Shown piece by piece: positions 23,088 through 36,200 of a DNA stretch of 64,000 nucleotides (within the stretch, counting starts at the first letter, position 1; every line of letters begins with the position of its first letter). The stretch is from contig AP026127.1 in the NCBI GenBank assembly GCA_030295235.1, positions 1,178,001 through 1,242,000 of the forward strand. The letters are read 5' to 3'. The notes beneath the pieces were generated by a model. It was given only the letters and a program-made list of their open reading frames with translations. It did not search any database and was not told where the DNA came from. The stretch is from Fistulifera solaris. Taxonomy: Eukaryota. Position numbers and translations under genes: made by a program.

Positions 23088-24381
23088 TCAATCCTGTCTT
23101 TGATTGAAGAACACATACGCCGCTCCTTCATTGCTGTTGCCTTCGTCTTCCTGATTAGCCCCAACAACCAAAGTCCCGGCGCTATAACTCACAGCAATTC
23201 CAAAGTTGTCGTAGTTCTGAATGTCTTTCGGAGTCAATTGGACTCCTCGACGCCATTTGTATCGATTATTCGTCAGCGGAGCAAAAGATAGACGGCTCCC
23301 GCTTCTTTGCGTGTTCCTGTTTCACGAAAGCCCAACGGAGCGCCGACGACAATACGACCATCTTGAATCGCGATAGAAGTACCAAACCCCTTGCCCAGCG
23401 CTGACTGCGTAGGTCGTAAATGGTCTGTCTGCTTCCAACGACCATCTTTTTTGGCAAATACATACGCTTTGCCGATATCTTCCGCAACCAGAAAATCCGG
23501 TAAACGGTCGATAATTCGATTGAAAGGAAACGGCAAGGATCGGTTCTTTTCGCTCCCACAACGACAATTCCATCCTCAATATCAACGGCTTGACCAAAAT
23601 TATCACCTTTGCTAGTAAAACGTCCCGCAATGCGGGTTTCCAGCACCCACTCTTCCGAGGCTTCACCTTTTTTGTAAATGTAAGCCGCACCGATGCCATT
23701 GTTGACACCGATCGCACCGGCTACCAACAAATCTCCGCTGATACCAACATCGGTACCGAATTGATCGTTAAATGCCACATCAATGGGCATGATTCTGCGT
23801 TGCTCGGCCACGTCAAATCCGGACTCATCTTCCTTGAACTTGTAAACATACACGGCTCCGCCCGATTCAGAAAGGTCATCTTCGAGCGGTGCACCGACCA
23901 CTAAATAAGGAAGATCCAGATCAATATTCGAACCAAAACGTGAGCCTTCCGGTGCATTGATGTTCTCAATTTTCTGTGAAAAGCCGTCGTCGTCCAACTT
24001 GTAGACGTACACGGCGCCGGCATCATCGGCAATTCCGTCGTTCCGGGAAGCACCTACAACAAATATGTTTCCCTGAATGGCCACCGACTTTCCAAAGTTA
24101 TCTCGGATGGCTTCACCGGTGACTTTACGAATCTCGGTCCACTTGTTCGTGGCCGGATCTCGTTCAAAGACGAGGACCGCACCCGCTTCGTTATTTTCGG
24201 AAGGTGCACCAACGACCAGGTAATCGCCATCGATGGCGACCGAAGACCCGTATCCTCTTCCGGCATCATCGGAATTGACCGGATTGGCGTCGGCGGCGAT
24301 CAATTTATCCACCTGCTGCCAAAGTGCCGACGAGAAACTCCAGAATAGTGAAAGTAACACATATGTGAATTTCGAGTGCAT
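23088..24381 (-). CDS. Secreted FG-GAP (integrin-alpha beta-propeller-like) repeat protein; frameshifted
   Basis: Signal peptide followed by about 7 repeats of FG.SVAI.G..LVVGA....GAVYV. The last repeat (DNFGIAVS..TLVVGANQEDEG..GAAYVF) is recovered by frame changes and ends at TGA 23088-23090. Confidence 0.85.
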
Positions 24382-25036
24382 GCTGTTGCTGTCAGGCCGT
24401 AAATGTTCTCAATGTTATTCGTCTTCCCTGATTCTTTCCTATTCGCCGCAATCTTTGCTGTCCCTAATGTTAGTTTGTTGCTGTTTGTTATTTGTTTTGG
24501 TGGCACGACGACGGATCGGTGTGTTGGTGCTATTATTGTGCTGTTGCGCTTTGGTTATTGGCGTATCTTTTTGACGCGCGTTCGTCCACTTCGCGCTGTG
24601 CATTATTGCGTACTGCTTCCTAGTAGATAGTAGCTGCATGTGCAAGTACTTGTGTATCGGACTCAGTGTTGAGGTTGACTAACTACTCTATGTCTTTAAA
24701 GTACAGAGATCCGTATCACAATCGCTGCTTGAGAAATTTAGCTCTAAGTAACTCATAAATAAGGAAGAAAATTCGTGACTCAGTCATTCTTTGCTGTTAC
24801 TGTTTCTATCTCTTTAAACCTTACCAGTAGACTTTTACTTACTGATACACGTACATCTCCCTAAAACTAAGGACTAAAGATTATAGATTTCGACCTAGTC
24901 GTCTGTAACCTCTAACTTGAGATCCATTACAAGGCGTGTAAGATTTGGTATGGCTAAATTATCTACCCTGCGCGCTGCTCAAATTTGTAAACAATTTTCG
25001 TTGGAACTCATGCCTAGAAGCACTTCAAAACAACGT

Positions 25037-25687
25037 TTAAGGTCCACCGGGACGACGGATCTCTTCGGTCGCTTGCTCGTTGGATATGCCGCTTTCCGCG
25101 AAAGAAATGGTGGTCACTTCACATGGCGTCAGACAAATGCCCGTGCCCTCATCGGTGCAACAATTCCCAGGGACACAGCGATCTTCTCCGGAACAATCTG
25201 CTGATGTTGTACAAGTCTGGCGATTACAACTGTCGTTGATCCAACAAAAACTTTGGTTTTCCGTGTCGGAGGAACAGAGACAGTTTTCGGAGCCCGAAGT
25301 GCCACAAATGGTCTTGACATCTCCACACTGCCAAACGGCGTTACATTGACAAGATCCGCACTCGTAACCGGACAGTATGTAAGCTCGAGGGAAGAACGTA
25401 CATTCCGTTCTGCAGGTATCTCCGTCAAGGAATCGAACCGAATATTTGGTTAAAAAGCCAAGACGCTCGGTACAAGCATCCTCATCCGGACAAACATCAA
25501 AGATGCGACTGTTGCGGCCAGTATCGTCGCTTGTATGAAATTGACGAAGAGACAAATCCGTCGCACCTGTGCTGCTAAAGAAGAAAACGAGAAGGATGTT
25601 GACTTGGAAGGATACGGTTTGTGTCAGACGATGCTGGATCTACATCCACAACGTGCCTCCTCACTCACCTTTCCTATTGACTTTCAT
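25037..25687 (-). CDS. Small secreted cysteine-rich protein (2 exons)
   Basis: Exon 1 MKVNRK, then an intron gtgagt...ccaag, then NILLVFFFSSTGA signal-like sequence and a Cys-rich body (CTTSADCSGEDRCVPGNCC). Confidence 0.65.
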
Positions 25688-26108
25688 CGTGTTGCTACCT
25701 CGTAATTACCTCGATGACAGGTTGCTGTAGTTTCGAATTGTCTGTTGTTGCTAATAGATGATCCGATTTGATTGAGAAAAGTAAGGTCTTCTGCAGTTCC
25801 TTCGAGTGTTGCGTCGACTTTTCATTCTTTTGCCAATATTTTGCGATCGCTAAAAAATGAAGCTGTCAGTTTGAATAAGTACCGTTACGATTCCATAGCG
25901 TTCCATAAATACAGTAGGCACTTGTAAATCTATATACGCTAAAGTGTAAGCGACTGTTTCCGTGACTGCACAATTTTCAGTCATGATACGCGACGCTGCG
26001 CGACGACCATAACAATAAAACACGACACGCGATGAAACATAGCTTTCTCTTTTTCATTTGTTGATGTCAAAACATCTGGAAGTTGTTTTATCAAGTGAAA
26101 TACTTGCG

Positions 26109-27575
26109 ATGGCTTCTATCTCTTCGCCACCAACCACAAAAGAAGTTTGGGATTCACTATGTGATCACATACACCGTTCGAACGGTGCAATTCATCCGGA
26201 ATTGGTCTTACGAGAAATGGCCTCCGATCATCGTGGCGTGTTTAGTCGAATTGCGATTCGAAAAGGAGAAACTCTGATTCGTTTACCTCTATCATGTGCT
26301 ATTCACGGACAAGATATGCCTATCGAGTATTTGGTAGAGCAAGGAACCAAAAAGCAAGCATCGACATGGCTTCGTTGTCTAGCAGCTTTTCATCAATACC
26401 AACACGACAACAGTGATAAAAATGACCCGTATCTACAATCTCTGCCTCAACAATTCGAAACGTTATGGAGTTGGTCTCAAGAAGAAATCACTTCTTTCTT
26501 AGCGGGAACGTCCCCTTCTCTCAATGTGGCGGAGAGTGACGAGGATCGGGTGAATAGTTGGTACATTGATGTGGCTGCGATTGAAGCACGTTATCAAGAA
26601 CATGTGCGACCGTATCTAGAACAGCATTGTCAACTAAACTCTAATTTTGACACATTCTCACGAGCTTGTCAAATGATTTCAACAAGGGCTTTTCATTTGG
26701 CGTCGGCGAGTCAAAATTACCCGGGGCCATTTCTTTTGCCGGTCATTGATTTGTTGAATCATACTCCGATTGACCCCGTCACCACTCTTCAATTTGAACA
26801 GGACGCCTTTGTTATGAAAGCCGAGCGCGATATTCCTGCTCTTGTCGAAATCAAACACTCGTATGGTACAGGATTAAATGCGAGAGAGTCTTTGCGGACG
26901 TTTGGTTTCGTAGCAATGGAAGACACTCTTGCTGCATTGCAAGGAACTGTGCAAGCCATTAGCACTCCTGTAATTGTGGCAAAGCAGGATGTTTTGGAAG
27001 CTTGTTGGAATGTCATCGAGTCGTCGGTACCGCAGCAACTTGCGCAATCCATGCAGGACATGGATCTTGAGGATGAACCATGGGACATGCCCCGTGATTA
27101 TCGTAATCGCAATACGGACTTTTTACCCGACAACATTGTCATCACGGCCGAAGATCCGTTGTCGGATACACTCGTCACCGCAGCCAGTTTGTCGTTTTTA
27201 CCACTTTGTGCTTATCAAGAAGCCAGGCAAAGTTTCTTGGATGCCAGCCTCTTGGACGACTACTTTTTGGGCAAACTTGTATCGACGTCGTTGTTGCGAG
27301 TCATATCGGATCGTATGGCGGCCTATAAGTCCATCTACTACGAGGGTAGAGAATTTACCGACGACCACGAACTCTTAAAGCTAGTGCTGGCATCGAAGGA
27401 ACCTTTGTCTTTGCAGCAGAGAAGACTCTTGTATGGCCTCACGGTGCGTATACAGGAAAAGGAGTCATGGAACGCGTTGCGTCGAAACGTGTGCGAAGTC
27501 TTGACTCACTTGGACGACGAGGAGGAAGAGATGGAAGACCACAACATGAAACGACAGCGGATGGAAGTGTCATGA
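26109..27575 (+). CDS. SET-domain protein lysine methyltransferase (Rubisco LSMT/SETD6-like)
   Basis: RGVFSRIAIRKGETLIRLP, PYLQSLP, ISTRAF, LLPVIDLLNH and HSYG..TFGF. Confidence 0.85.
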   Translation: MASISSPPTTKEVWDSLCDHIHRSNGAIHPELVLREMASDHRGVFSRIAIRKGETLIRLPLSCAIHGQDMPIEYLVEQGTKKQASTWLRCLAAFHQYQHDNSDKNDPYLQSLPQQFETLWSWSQEEITSFLAGTSPSLNVAESDEDRVNSWYIDVAAIEARYQEHVRPYLEQHCQLNSNFDTFSRACQMISTRAFHLASASQNYPGPFLLPVIDLLNHTPIDPVTTLQFEQDAFVMKAERDIPALVEIKHSYGTGLNARESLRTFGFVAMEDTLAALQGTVQAISTPVIVAKQDVLEACWNVIESSVPQQLAQSMQDMDLEDEPWDMPRDYRNRNTDFLPDNIVITAEDPLSDTLVTAASLSFLPLCAYQEARQSFLDASLLDDYFLGKLVSTSLLRVISDRMAAYKSIYYEGREFTDDHELLKLVLASKEPLSLQQRRLLYGLTVRIQEKESWNALRRNVCEVLTHLDDEEEEMEDHNMKRQRMEVS

Positions 27576-28126
27576 AAATTTGTTCTGTTTGGATACATTG
27601 AGGGTCTCGTCTTTATCTGTAAATTGAACGAAAAAGCGTCCCTAGATTGTATAGACTACCTGGTAAGTCGCCTTTCCTAGGGATCAGTATACGTTGCGAC
27701 GATCATTTAGACGCATGTGGGTGAACGAGCTGTGGCCGGCGATGTTCGTCTGGATATAAATTTCCTTTTTTTGGGAAACCAATCGTCAATTGGCACAAAA
27801 CATTTGTACAATAGCGTCAAAACTAACAAATGAGATTTATCAATGATTGAATACCTGGTCAAAATAGTTCTCATTGTGTTCTATCGAAAATAATAGAGAC
27901 ATTTTCAACCTTAGCCGGGACTGAAAACCAGTCGTCTTAAACTACGGAGTAACTCTTTGCCCCAGTGTGTTTATACTGGTGCGATAATTGATTTCTTGAG
28001 GCCAGCGTTTCACCGGTCGACCGGTCAACATCAAAGCAGCGACCATGAGCACTTTCAAATAATCAAAATCTCAAAGGCAAAATCGATTGAAAAACTAACG
28101 TAGTCTTTCACTCAAACAACCACAAC

Positions 28127-30026
28127 ATGTTGCGTCGCACACCGCCGCTCCAGATGAGTGCAGGAATGCGTCGTATCCTCAAAAATAAAGGGCGTGTCAT
28201 AGATTACATACGTCAATCCGTCAAAGCCGGGACGTATCGCACATCCGAAGAGCTTGAGCAAGTGATGAAAGAACGCAACGATTCGGAGGACGATCTTCGC
28301 GTTGTGATGCGAAGATTCCGTCAAGATATTATCCGTGGGTCGCAAGTTCACGATTATCCGATCGAATATCGTATCCTTGAGCAACACCCGCCGATTCCCG
28401 ATCCTCCTGTCATTCCCAAAAAGTATTTACGAACCATGCCCAAAGAACCCAATCCAATTGAACCTTTAGTAGAAAAATATTATCGGCGACAACAGCGTGT
28501 TGAGGAAGAAGAGTCGACACAGCTTAGCGTGGAAGAATACTATCGCCGCTTGTTGGGAGTGCCGGCTCCGTCTCTCGCAGGGTCTTCCGGTTCTTCGACG
28601 TCCCTGACCCTCAAACCGGCTTCGTTGCAAAAGGCATACGCGGCTGCCATTACGCATTATAAACTTCAGCGGACTCAGAATATGTCGGATGAGGAAGCCG
28701 TACAGGCTGTAGATGAACTGCTCAAGGAGCAAGAAAAGATGGAAATTCAAGTCAGTGGACAGCGTGCCCAAGCTGTCGCGAAAACAAACGCCCGCATGCT
28801 CGGCAAACAATTTGCACCAAAGACCAAATCACATAAGACAGACGAAGATGTCGAAGAAACGAACGGATCGGGTTCTGACAAGACGCTGGATAGCATATTT
28901 GCGGATAATCCTCGCCTGATTGAAGGAATGATGCGATGGAGTGATCGCTTGCAGGCTGTACCCTACCGGGAATGGACGGTTGGTTCCTCAACTGCTTTGG
29001 ATCATTGGATTGCTCGGTGCATCTTGGGGTTGTCCGAGGAGACGTGGTGGAGTGTTGTCGAAGGCGAAGAATATGCCGCCGTGGGCCGTGATATTGTTGC
29101 TGTTCGCGAAGCTCTTTTCCGGAAACTGGAGGAACTTTAGCAGCCCAACAGGAAGACGAAGAAAACGAAATTGGAGAGGAAGAGATTTCCACGAGTGGAA
29201 AAACAGTCGAGGAGTTGTTAGCTTCGTTGGGTGCGCTTAAAGTTACGGATGATGAGGCAAAGACATCCTTTCCAGAGGAACAAGAACCTGTGGCACACGA
29301 ATTGGATCTGTTGGTGGATCAATTACAGGTCTGGCGCCAAAAGCAGTTAAAGACTCCTTATACACACTGGTCCACCGAAGAGCAAACTTCTTTTGATTCG
29401 TGGCTTAAAAATGAGTATGTGGCTCAGGTCATGCCCGGCTCTCAAGGTGAAATCGACTATACTGCAACCCGAGAGGCATTACTCTCAGACCCTCCTATTG
29501 ATAGCCGAGCCGAGTCGGACGCTTTCTGGGATGCTTTGCAAGATGAACGCACCGCCCAAATTTGGCTTGAACAGCACAGCGCAGAGCGCCTCCCGCCGCT
29601 GCCGCACCTTGGATACCTGCGAGTTTTTGGAAGCTCTCCGAGTCCGAGCAATTGGAACGTATTCTGAATCTAGGAGCACTTCGTCCGCTTCTGGATGAGT
29701 ATGCAACGCCGAGTGGTCGTGCAGCTTTTTTACAAGATCATTTAGCAACTCTCTTAACTGGCGTACCCTTGGAGCATTATGTACGTGACGACTTGGGACC
29801 AATCGAAGCATCCGAAATTGGGAAGAAAGAAGGTCGGTTCAGTATGGAAAAGCAAGCCTTTGGCGAAAATGCGAATGCTGTCCTGCAGGCATGGAATCAG
29901 CAAAAGGCAGGTCGTGCAAAATACGAAGAGCGGTTGTTTCAAACTGGGCGTCTTGGTTTGCGATACTCTGATAAGTTGCCCTCAGAAAACGAGATCTCCG
30001 ATGCTAACGAAGATAAGAGGAACTGA
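28127..30026 (+). CDS. Hypothetical helical protein over three frames, possibly with an mS23-like mitoribosomal N-terminal part
   Basis: Contiguous coding-like ORFs 28127..29140, 29215..29667 and 29652..30026; Arg-rich presequence-like start; YRILEQHPP motif. Confidence 0.55.
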
Positions 30027-30148
30027 TAAATTAACATTCGGAATGAAGAGGAGCTTATATTATTTTGTATTTGAAAAATATGCGGCAATTGCTACAAGTA
30101 ATAGTTTAAGGGGAATCATCTCACATACACTTTGGATGAACTATATAT

Positions 30149-32067
30149 TTATTGAACTATAGACCGAACTGGACTTTGATTGAGTGGCGCGGGCTGAATG
30201 TTATACCCACTTTGAAATGTATTTCTTTGGGAAGGTGAATAGAAATATCCAGTACGCTGTCCGGGGACTGGTTGCTGAATTACATACGATTGCTGCGGAA
30301 ATACTGGGGGTTGCTGTTGCTGATGAAAGTATCCAGGTGGGTATCCAGGATGATATGGTGGTTGATGTGGGTGCGAGGAGAAATAGGGATGCACTGGTGG
30401 ATGAAAACCTTCTTCACCCCAAGAACGAGACATCGAAGCCGACATTGAAGCTGTCATGTCGCCTGATCTTGATTGGTGAAGTCCTCGGAAATGCTTCTTC
30501 GATCCAGGATGGTTTCTCTTTTCTTGCTGAACATTTCTGTTAATATCTTTGTTCCTCGAAATTTATACCGCTTCCGATGTTCGTGACTTGGTGCTTCGTA
30601 GATAGACATGTTCTCATCGTGGACATCCGTGTAGTACTGCTCGTCAAGGGGACCGAACGTTACTCTTTTCTCCATCGAGTTCTTCTTCAAGATTCCTACA
30701 GGAGTGTGCGGCGCTTGATGTTGCCCTTGAAGCCAACCTTGTTGTGTTGTCTGATTTGCATCAGATGTTTTATCCTTTTCTGGATCGGTCATCATAAGGG
30801 ATGAAGCCAGTTGTTCAGCAATAGATGTCGTGCTACCTCGAAGTCGCTCCCATGCCTGTCTTGTGCGTTCCTCCCAACTCAGCTCCTCGGCTTTCTTACT
30901 TTCGGGCGTTTCCCCTGTATTGAGATGACCGACACCAGCAGCGTAGGGGGCGCCTCCATAATACACCTGCATTGCATCTACTGGAGGATGTGGCAATGCC
31001 GACTGATTAGGATAAGGACCCAATTTGTCGGCGTGATGGTTCTGTCCGTATACATTCTGATGATTTGAATGAAAAGGCAAGGAGGATAGAGGCTGCTGGC
31101 TTCCAGCATCCGGGCCAAGGGGTGAACGTGACCGGCGACCGGGTGACTGGCTTCGACTGCGCCGACTTGGAGATCGACTTCTGCGTAGACTGAAGCGATC
31201 TCTCGGCGATGCATTTCCTTTCACCACATGCTGGTTTTCTCGGTCATTTGCCCACTTTCTTTGATCCATTGGGATCTTACTAAGAGAAGGAGGAGCGTCT
31301 TGTCGCGATGCCGTAATGAAGCTTTGCCGGTCAAACATATCATCATCTTTAGGACGATCTCCAAGTCCTTGTCGGTATGCTGTTATGAAACTTTGACGAT
31401 CACTATCATCCATTCCATTGTATCCGACTTCGGAAAGAGCAGGGTCAAAAGCATTTCGATACGCTGTTATCATACTCTGGCGCTCGAAAGAGTCATCAAT
31501 CGCCGATCCGTTGTTTGGCATATTACCACCCATAAAGGTCTTCGTGGCATGCAGATTTCGGTCAAAACTCTCGCTTTTTTCAATAAGTCCAGCTGATGGA
31601 CTGTGCGATCGCTTTCCGGTCTCGCCAATTGAATTACGACGTTCAACAGAGCCACTATAGATACCCCGAGACGGACCCGGAGATGATGCACGACGCCCTT
31701 TGCTTTGAGAGACTTTTGGTAGCCAAGATGATTTCTTGCTTTTCTCTGTTTTGTCGGAGGGAAAAAGGGGCATACTCTGATCCCAGTCCTCGTCTTCGTT
31801 CGTGGCGCTACGAGAAGTTGATTTACCACGTTTGGATGTTATCACCGGATCCACCCCTTGTCGTGCTGGAGAGCGTCGGCGACCGCGGCCTCGCGTTTCT
31901 GGATCGGACTCGTACCCTTCCAAGCTATTCAAACCGTTTTTTCCACCACGTTTTCTTGGCCACATTCGCTTCAACGACGAAAATCTCGACCCACTCTTGA
32001 CCGACGAGTCAGCAGATGGAACCGAGGCGATCAGACCGTCCCCCATTTTTTCATCCTCTTCTTCCAA
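30149..32067 (-). CDS. Low-complexity Ser/Arg-rich hypothetical protein with a Pro/Gln/Tyr-rich tail (frameshift near 30455)
   Basis: 537-aa ORF followed directly by a 102-aa ORF; RS-like repeats; internal repeat DRQSFITAYR three times. Confidence 0.6.
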
Positions 32068-32206
32068 GTAATCGAAAGGCTGCTTCGGGCGTCGATGATG
32101 CTCTACACGGAGTACTGCCTGCCTGTCGCTGTCCTCAATTTCCTAGGAGTGGATGCATCCTTCGTATTACCACATTCCATGTGAACGGCCCCACAGATAT
32201 CGGCAA

Positions 32207-32779
32207 TTAATCCGCAGTTTCTCGGTGGCGGCGGGGAGGAGGTGGCGGTGGACGCACTTTGCTGGATTGTACGACACCACTGTCATCCGAGTCCGAACTG
32301 TCTTCTTCCATGGCCCTTCGCATCGCGGCTTTCTTCTTCTTATAGTCCGACTCTTCGGCTTTCTTGGCCGCCATCATGGCGTGCTTCTTTTCCAACTCGG
32401 TCAAATCGTACTTGGCCAATGCTTCTTTCGCTTTCGTCGGTGATTTCACCAATCCTACTTCGGCGCATCCATCCACGACGCTTTCAATGACATTGCAGTG
32501 TACTTCTGTGGCTGGAGGTTTCGGGTACGAGGCTTCGACACGTTGACTCCAGCGCACACCTTTTTTGCTGGCCGACGTGGCTTCGCTAACGGTCGTCAGG
32601 TTGCTTTCACTCCGACGGAACATTTTGGGCGCCCTTAAAATGCCACGATGCTTCTTCTTTTTTGCGGGAGGCTCGTAGTGGCAGAAGAGTCCATTCAACA
32701 TTTCTTCAGCAATGTCATCCAGCGTACCTTGAACGGCGACGGGTCGATCCGTCGAAACCAAAGTGGCGACAGGTAACAT
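32207..32779 (-). CDS. Hypothetical protein
   Basis: 190-aa ATG-initiated ORF with protein-like composition, flanked by AT-rich sequence upstream. Confidence 0.55.
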   Translation of the reverse strand: MLPVATLVSTDRPVAVQGTLDDIAEEMLNGLFCHYEPPAKKKKHRGILRAPKMFRRSESNLTTVSEATSASKKGVRWSQRVEASYPKPPATEVHCNVIESVVDGCAEVGLVKSPTKAKEALAKYDLTELEKKHAMMAAKKAEESDYKKKKAAMRRAMEEDSSDSDDSGVVQSSKVRPPPPPPRRHRETAD

Positions 32780-33294
32780 GGCTCGATTGGTAAAGCTTCA
32801 CCGACTGTAACCTTGAATACTAAATATAATCGATTCTTCTCGTTTCAATTATGTTTCAACAAGATTTCTTTGTTGTTGCTGTAACTCCTTTCTTGAGATG
32901 TTGGAATGAGCAACTTGTTTGCACCTTTTGTTCGCATGGATTGGCGAAAGAACCAAAAAAGTGATCGCCAAACAGAAAGAAGGCCGCATTCGTGTGTCAA
33001 TGTCATAGTAAGAGCAAGGAGCGTTAAATACGTCTAAGTAGAAAATTCGAACCAGATTAAGTGAATAGTATTACTATACTTTTAACTGTATCTTACAATT
33101 TCGTAAGGAGCTAAATAAGAAATTCAGTATAGCCAAAGATGTACTTGAATGGAGTGAGAAGCTGGCAGGCGCAGAGGCGGATAATTTTCCCGCTTTGTGA
33201 TGCGAGAAAAAAGGACGAGGTGATGTTGTTGCTAGCAATTACTTTGTATACTTTTTTGTTTGAGAAGCTTTGCAAAGCACTTTTGCTCTACACA

Positions 33295-36200
33295 ATGGCT
33301 TCTCTCGTGCAGAAAAGTATGAGTCGAAACGAGAAAGAAATAGATGCTGCACCAGCAATCATGTTAACAGACGAAAGTGACGACGCTCATTCGCCGGTCC
33401 CCTTGACGCGCAAAAGTCGAGCGATGGAAGTGCGATTTTTGTTGTGTTGAGACATTTCCTACAAAAGAAGAATGCATTGCTCATGAAGAGATTTGCAGTG
33501 CGAACCGGAAAACGGAAACGAAGGAACCGGAGAAGAAACTACATCCGTTTTTCCAGCCTTCAAAGAGGAAAGCACCTCTTCCGTCGGAACCGAAACGATG
33601 TAAGAAAACCAAGGCAAACAGTAAAGCTTCGAAAGTTCAAAAGGCTATTGAAATTGATGTTACCAGTCTAACAGAAACAGCAAACAAACACGTTACTTCT
33701 CAACCGAGTACAGACAACAATGCTTTAAACGAGACGGCCGCAGCTTTAGGAGTCAGTCCAGAAATTTTGTTGGCCGAGCAACAAGCATTTGAGCGTCAAG
33801 CGGACCGCATGAAGCAACAGAACACAGACGCTGCAGCAAAGGCATCATCGGACGATGATCAAAAATCATTATCGCAGTGGAAGGCCCAGTTTTCGTATGG
33901 TGCGAATGCCAAAAAGTTAGCAAAGGAAAGCAAACCGACGGAGGAAACGACGAACAAAGAACTGAACGCTTTAGCCACTGCCCTTGGTATGAATCCTGCT
34001 TCTCTATTAGCCGAGCAAAGAGCGCTGGAGAATCAAGCGAATCGTCAGAAAAGCAAAGCAAAGGATGAGGTGAAACTACCACGAAATGAACAAGTTGTAG
34101 AGTCATCCACCGCTGTACTACACGACCCGATCAAGCGTCGAAAAGGAGCGGCTCCTATGTTTCCGTGCCCGAATCATGTCATGCCGATGGAGAATGACGT
34201 TACTATGTCAACTGATAGTCAAGGTTGGCTCACGTCGGATCGTCTTGAAATGATGAACCGTCGATGGGCTGCACAATCACTGGCCAGTGAACGTGTGCAG
34301 GACAAATATCACGAACCCGTGCATCATTTGAATGAGAATACTACGTCTTGGGAACCACAGAACGGATCAGTGCATGACAACTTGTTCGATTTGCTGTGCA
34401 AGAATTTGAGAGTTTTATTCAACCGCAGTCCGTCTACAGAGTTATGGGTGGATCGCTTTCGTATTAAAGACTTACCTGAGGATCTTTGTGGTAACAGGCA
34501 TCAGCTATCCGAACTCGAAGCGTTTTTGAGAGAGTGGAAAGAAGCCCGACAGAAGTGCCTAACGCACATGGCGAGTAAATATATCAAAACCAAGAAAACG
34601 AAAGCTAAGAAGTACAAAGATGACGATAGCTTATTTGAGGATTCGGATGCCGAAGAAGATTTTGGATTACCGAGTCTTTGTCTAGTGTCGGGTCCCGTGG
34701 GTTGTGGGAAGTCGGACTTGGTGCGGGCTGTGGTCGAGTCTCACGGCTGTCGATTGTTCGAATTAAGTACCGCTGAAAAACGTGGTGCCGGTGCATTGAA
34801 GAGAGCTATTGGTGAGGCGACTCAGAGTTTATCTTCATCGGAATTGATGCGGAATTCCAAGAAAAATTCAATTTTTGGGATCAGCACTGTCGAAAATGCA
34901 GAAATTGACACTGAAAGCTCATTGACTGCAATTTTATTAGATGAAGTGGATATTCTTTTCGAAAACAATGGCGACGGGGGCTTCTGGCAGGCGCTTCATG
35001 AGTTGTCTAGAAAGTCCAAATGCCCGATTTTTCTGACGACAAACAATTTGGAGTCGCCACCTTTTACTGCGAACACGTCCAGATGGAACTACCACGACCC
35101 GAGGAATGTATTCATCGCTTGCGTCGATGTATACGGGAGAGTATGTCTTTTCAATTTGTATCCGAGTCAAAAGAGGACCAAGACAAATTTCTCAGCGAAC
35201 TCGCTCGTTTATGTGGACGCGACATGAGAAAAGTCGCACATGAATTGCACGCATACTCCCATTCCCATGTACAAGGATCCGAGACGGTGGACTTGACACA
35301 AGACGACGAGACATCCGTAATGCTAGAAAAATCTGTTTGCGACAATCGAGAATGCGTTGGGATTCCATCGGTGAGCTACGTACATCCAAACCGAGTTGAT
35401 TCTGATCAGTACAGTCTGCTGGAAATCACGGGCACGGAGTTTTCAGTCTTCGCCGAGACCTCCGGAGAACTGAACGGTTCTAGCAAACGAGGCGTAGCTG
35501 TCAATGTGTGCATTGGTGATCAACAGTGCCCGGCAGCTCGAATTCTTAGCGACGACACAATCATGGTCGTATGCCCACCACGCCGAGCCGAGGGCAGGGG
35601 GTACCGAAGGTCAATATATTATGAACAGGTTAAGATTGCATCATTACATCGGACGGGTATCACGTCCACAACTTCCGGCGGCTTCGTTTTTAAGACGTTG
35701 GAAGACGGAAGCGCACTTTTAACAGAGCACGTGCCAGTCAACGTCCAGTTTTTTCAAAGCCAAGGCACGGCAAACGATATTCCGAAAACAAAGCAACATG
35801 AAAGCTGCGACAGCGAGTCCGAGGGAGAGTTTGAATTTCAAGACGAAGATCACGTCGTCATACACAAAAACGTTGCATACAACGTCTTTTATGACGACGA
35901 AGAAGTGTCGAGGATATTGAATGATGGTATTGACGCATGGTTGACAAGGCACCCCGATGTGCATGAGTTCAGTACCCGAACAACCAATATAGCGCCTGAG
36001 AAATGTGACACGGAGTCTTTAATACAGCTGTGCATCGATACCCAGTTAACTAGTGATGCCGCTTTGCTGGAAGATATTGGACTGGATGGCCTTCCATACC
36101 TCGCCGGATCCGTACCTGGATTTGGATACAATTTGACCGAAGCGTATCCTTTGTGCAGTAACGAGGCAAGCAAAAGGTAAGTAACGATGCAGCAACTTTG

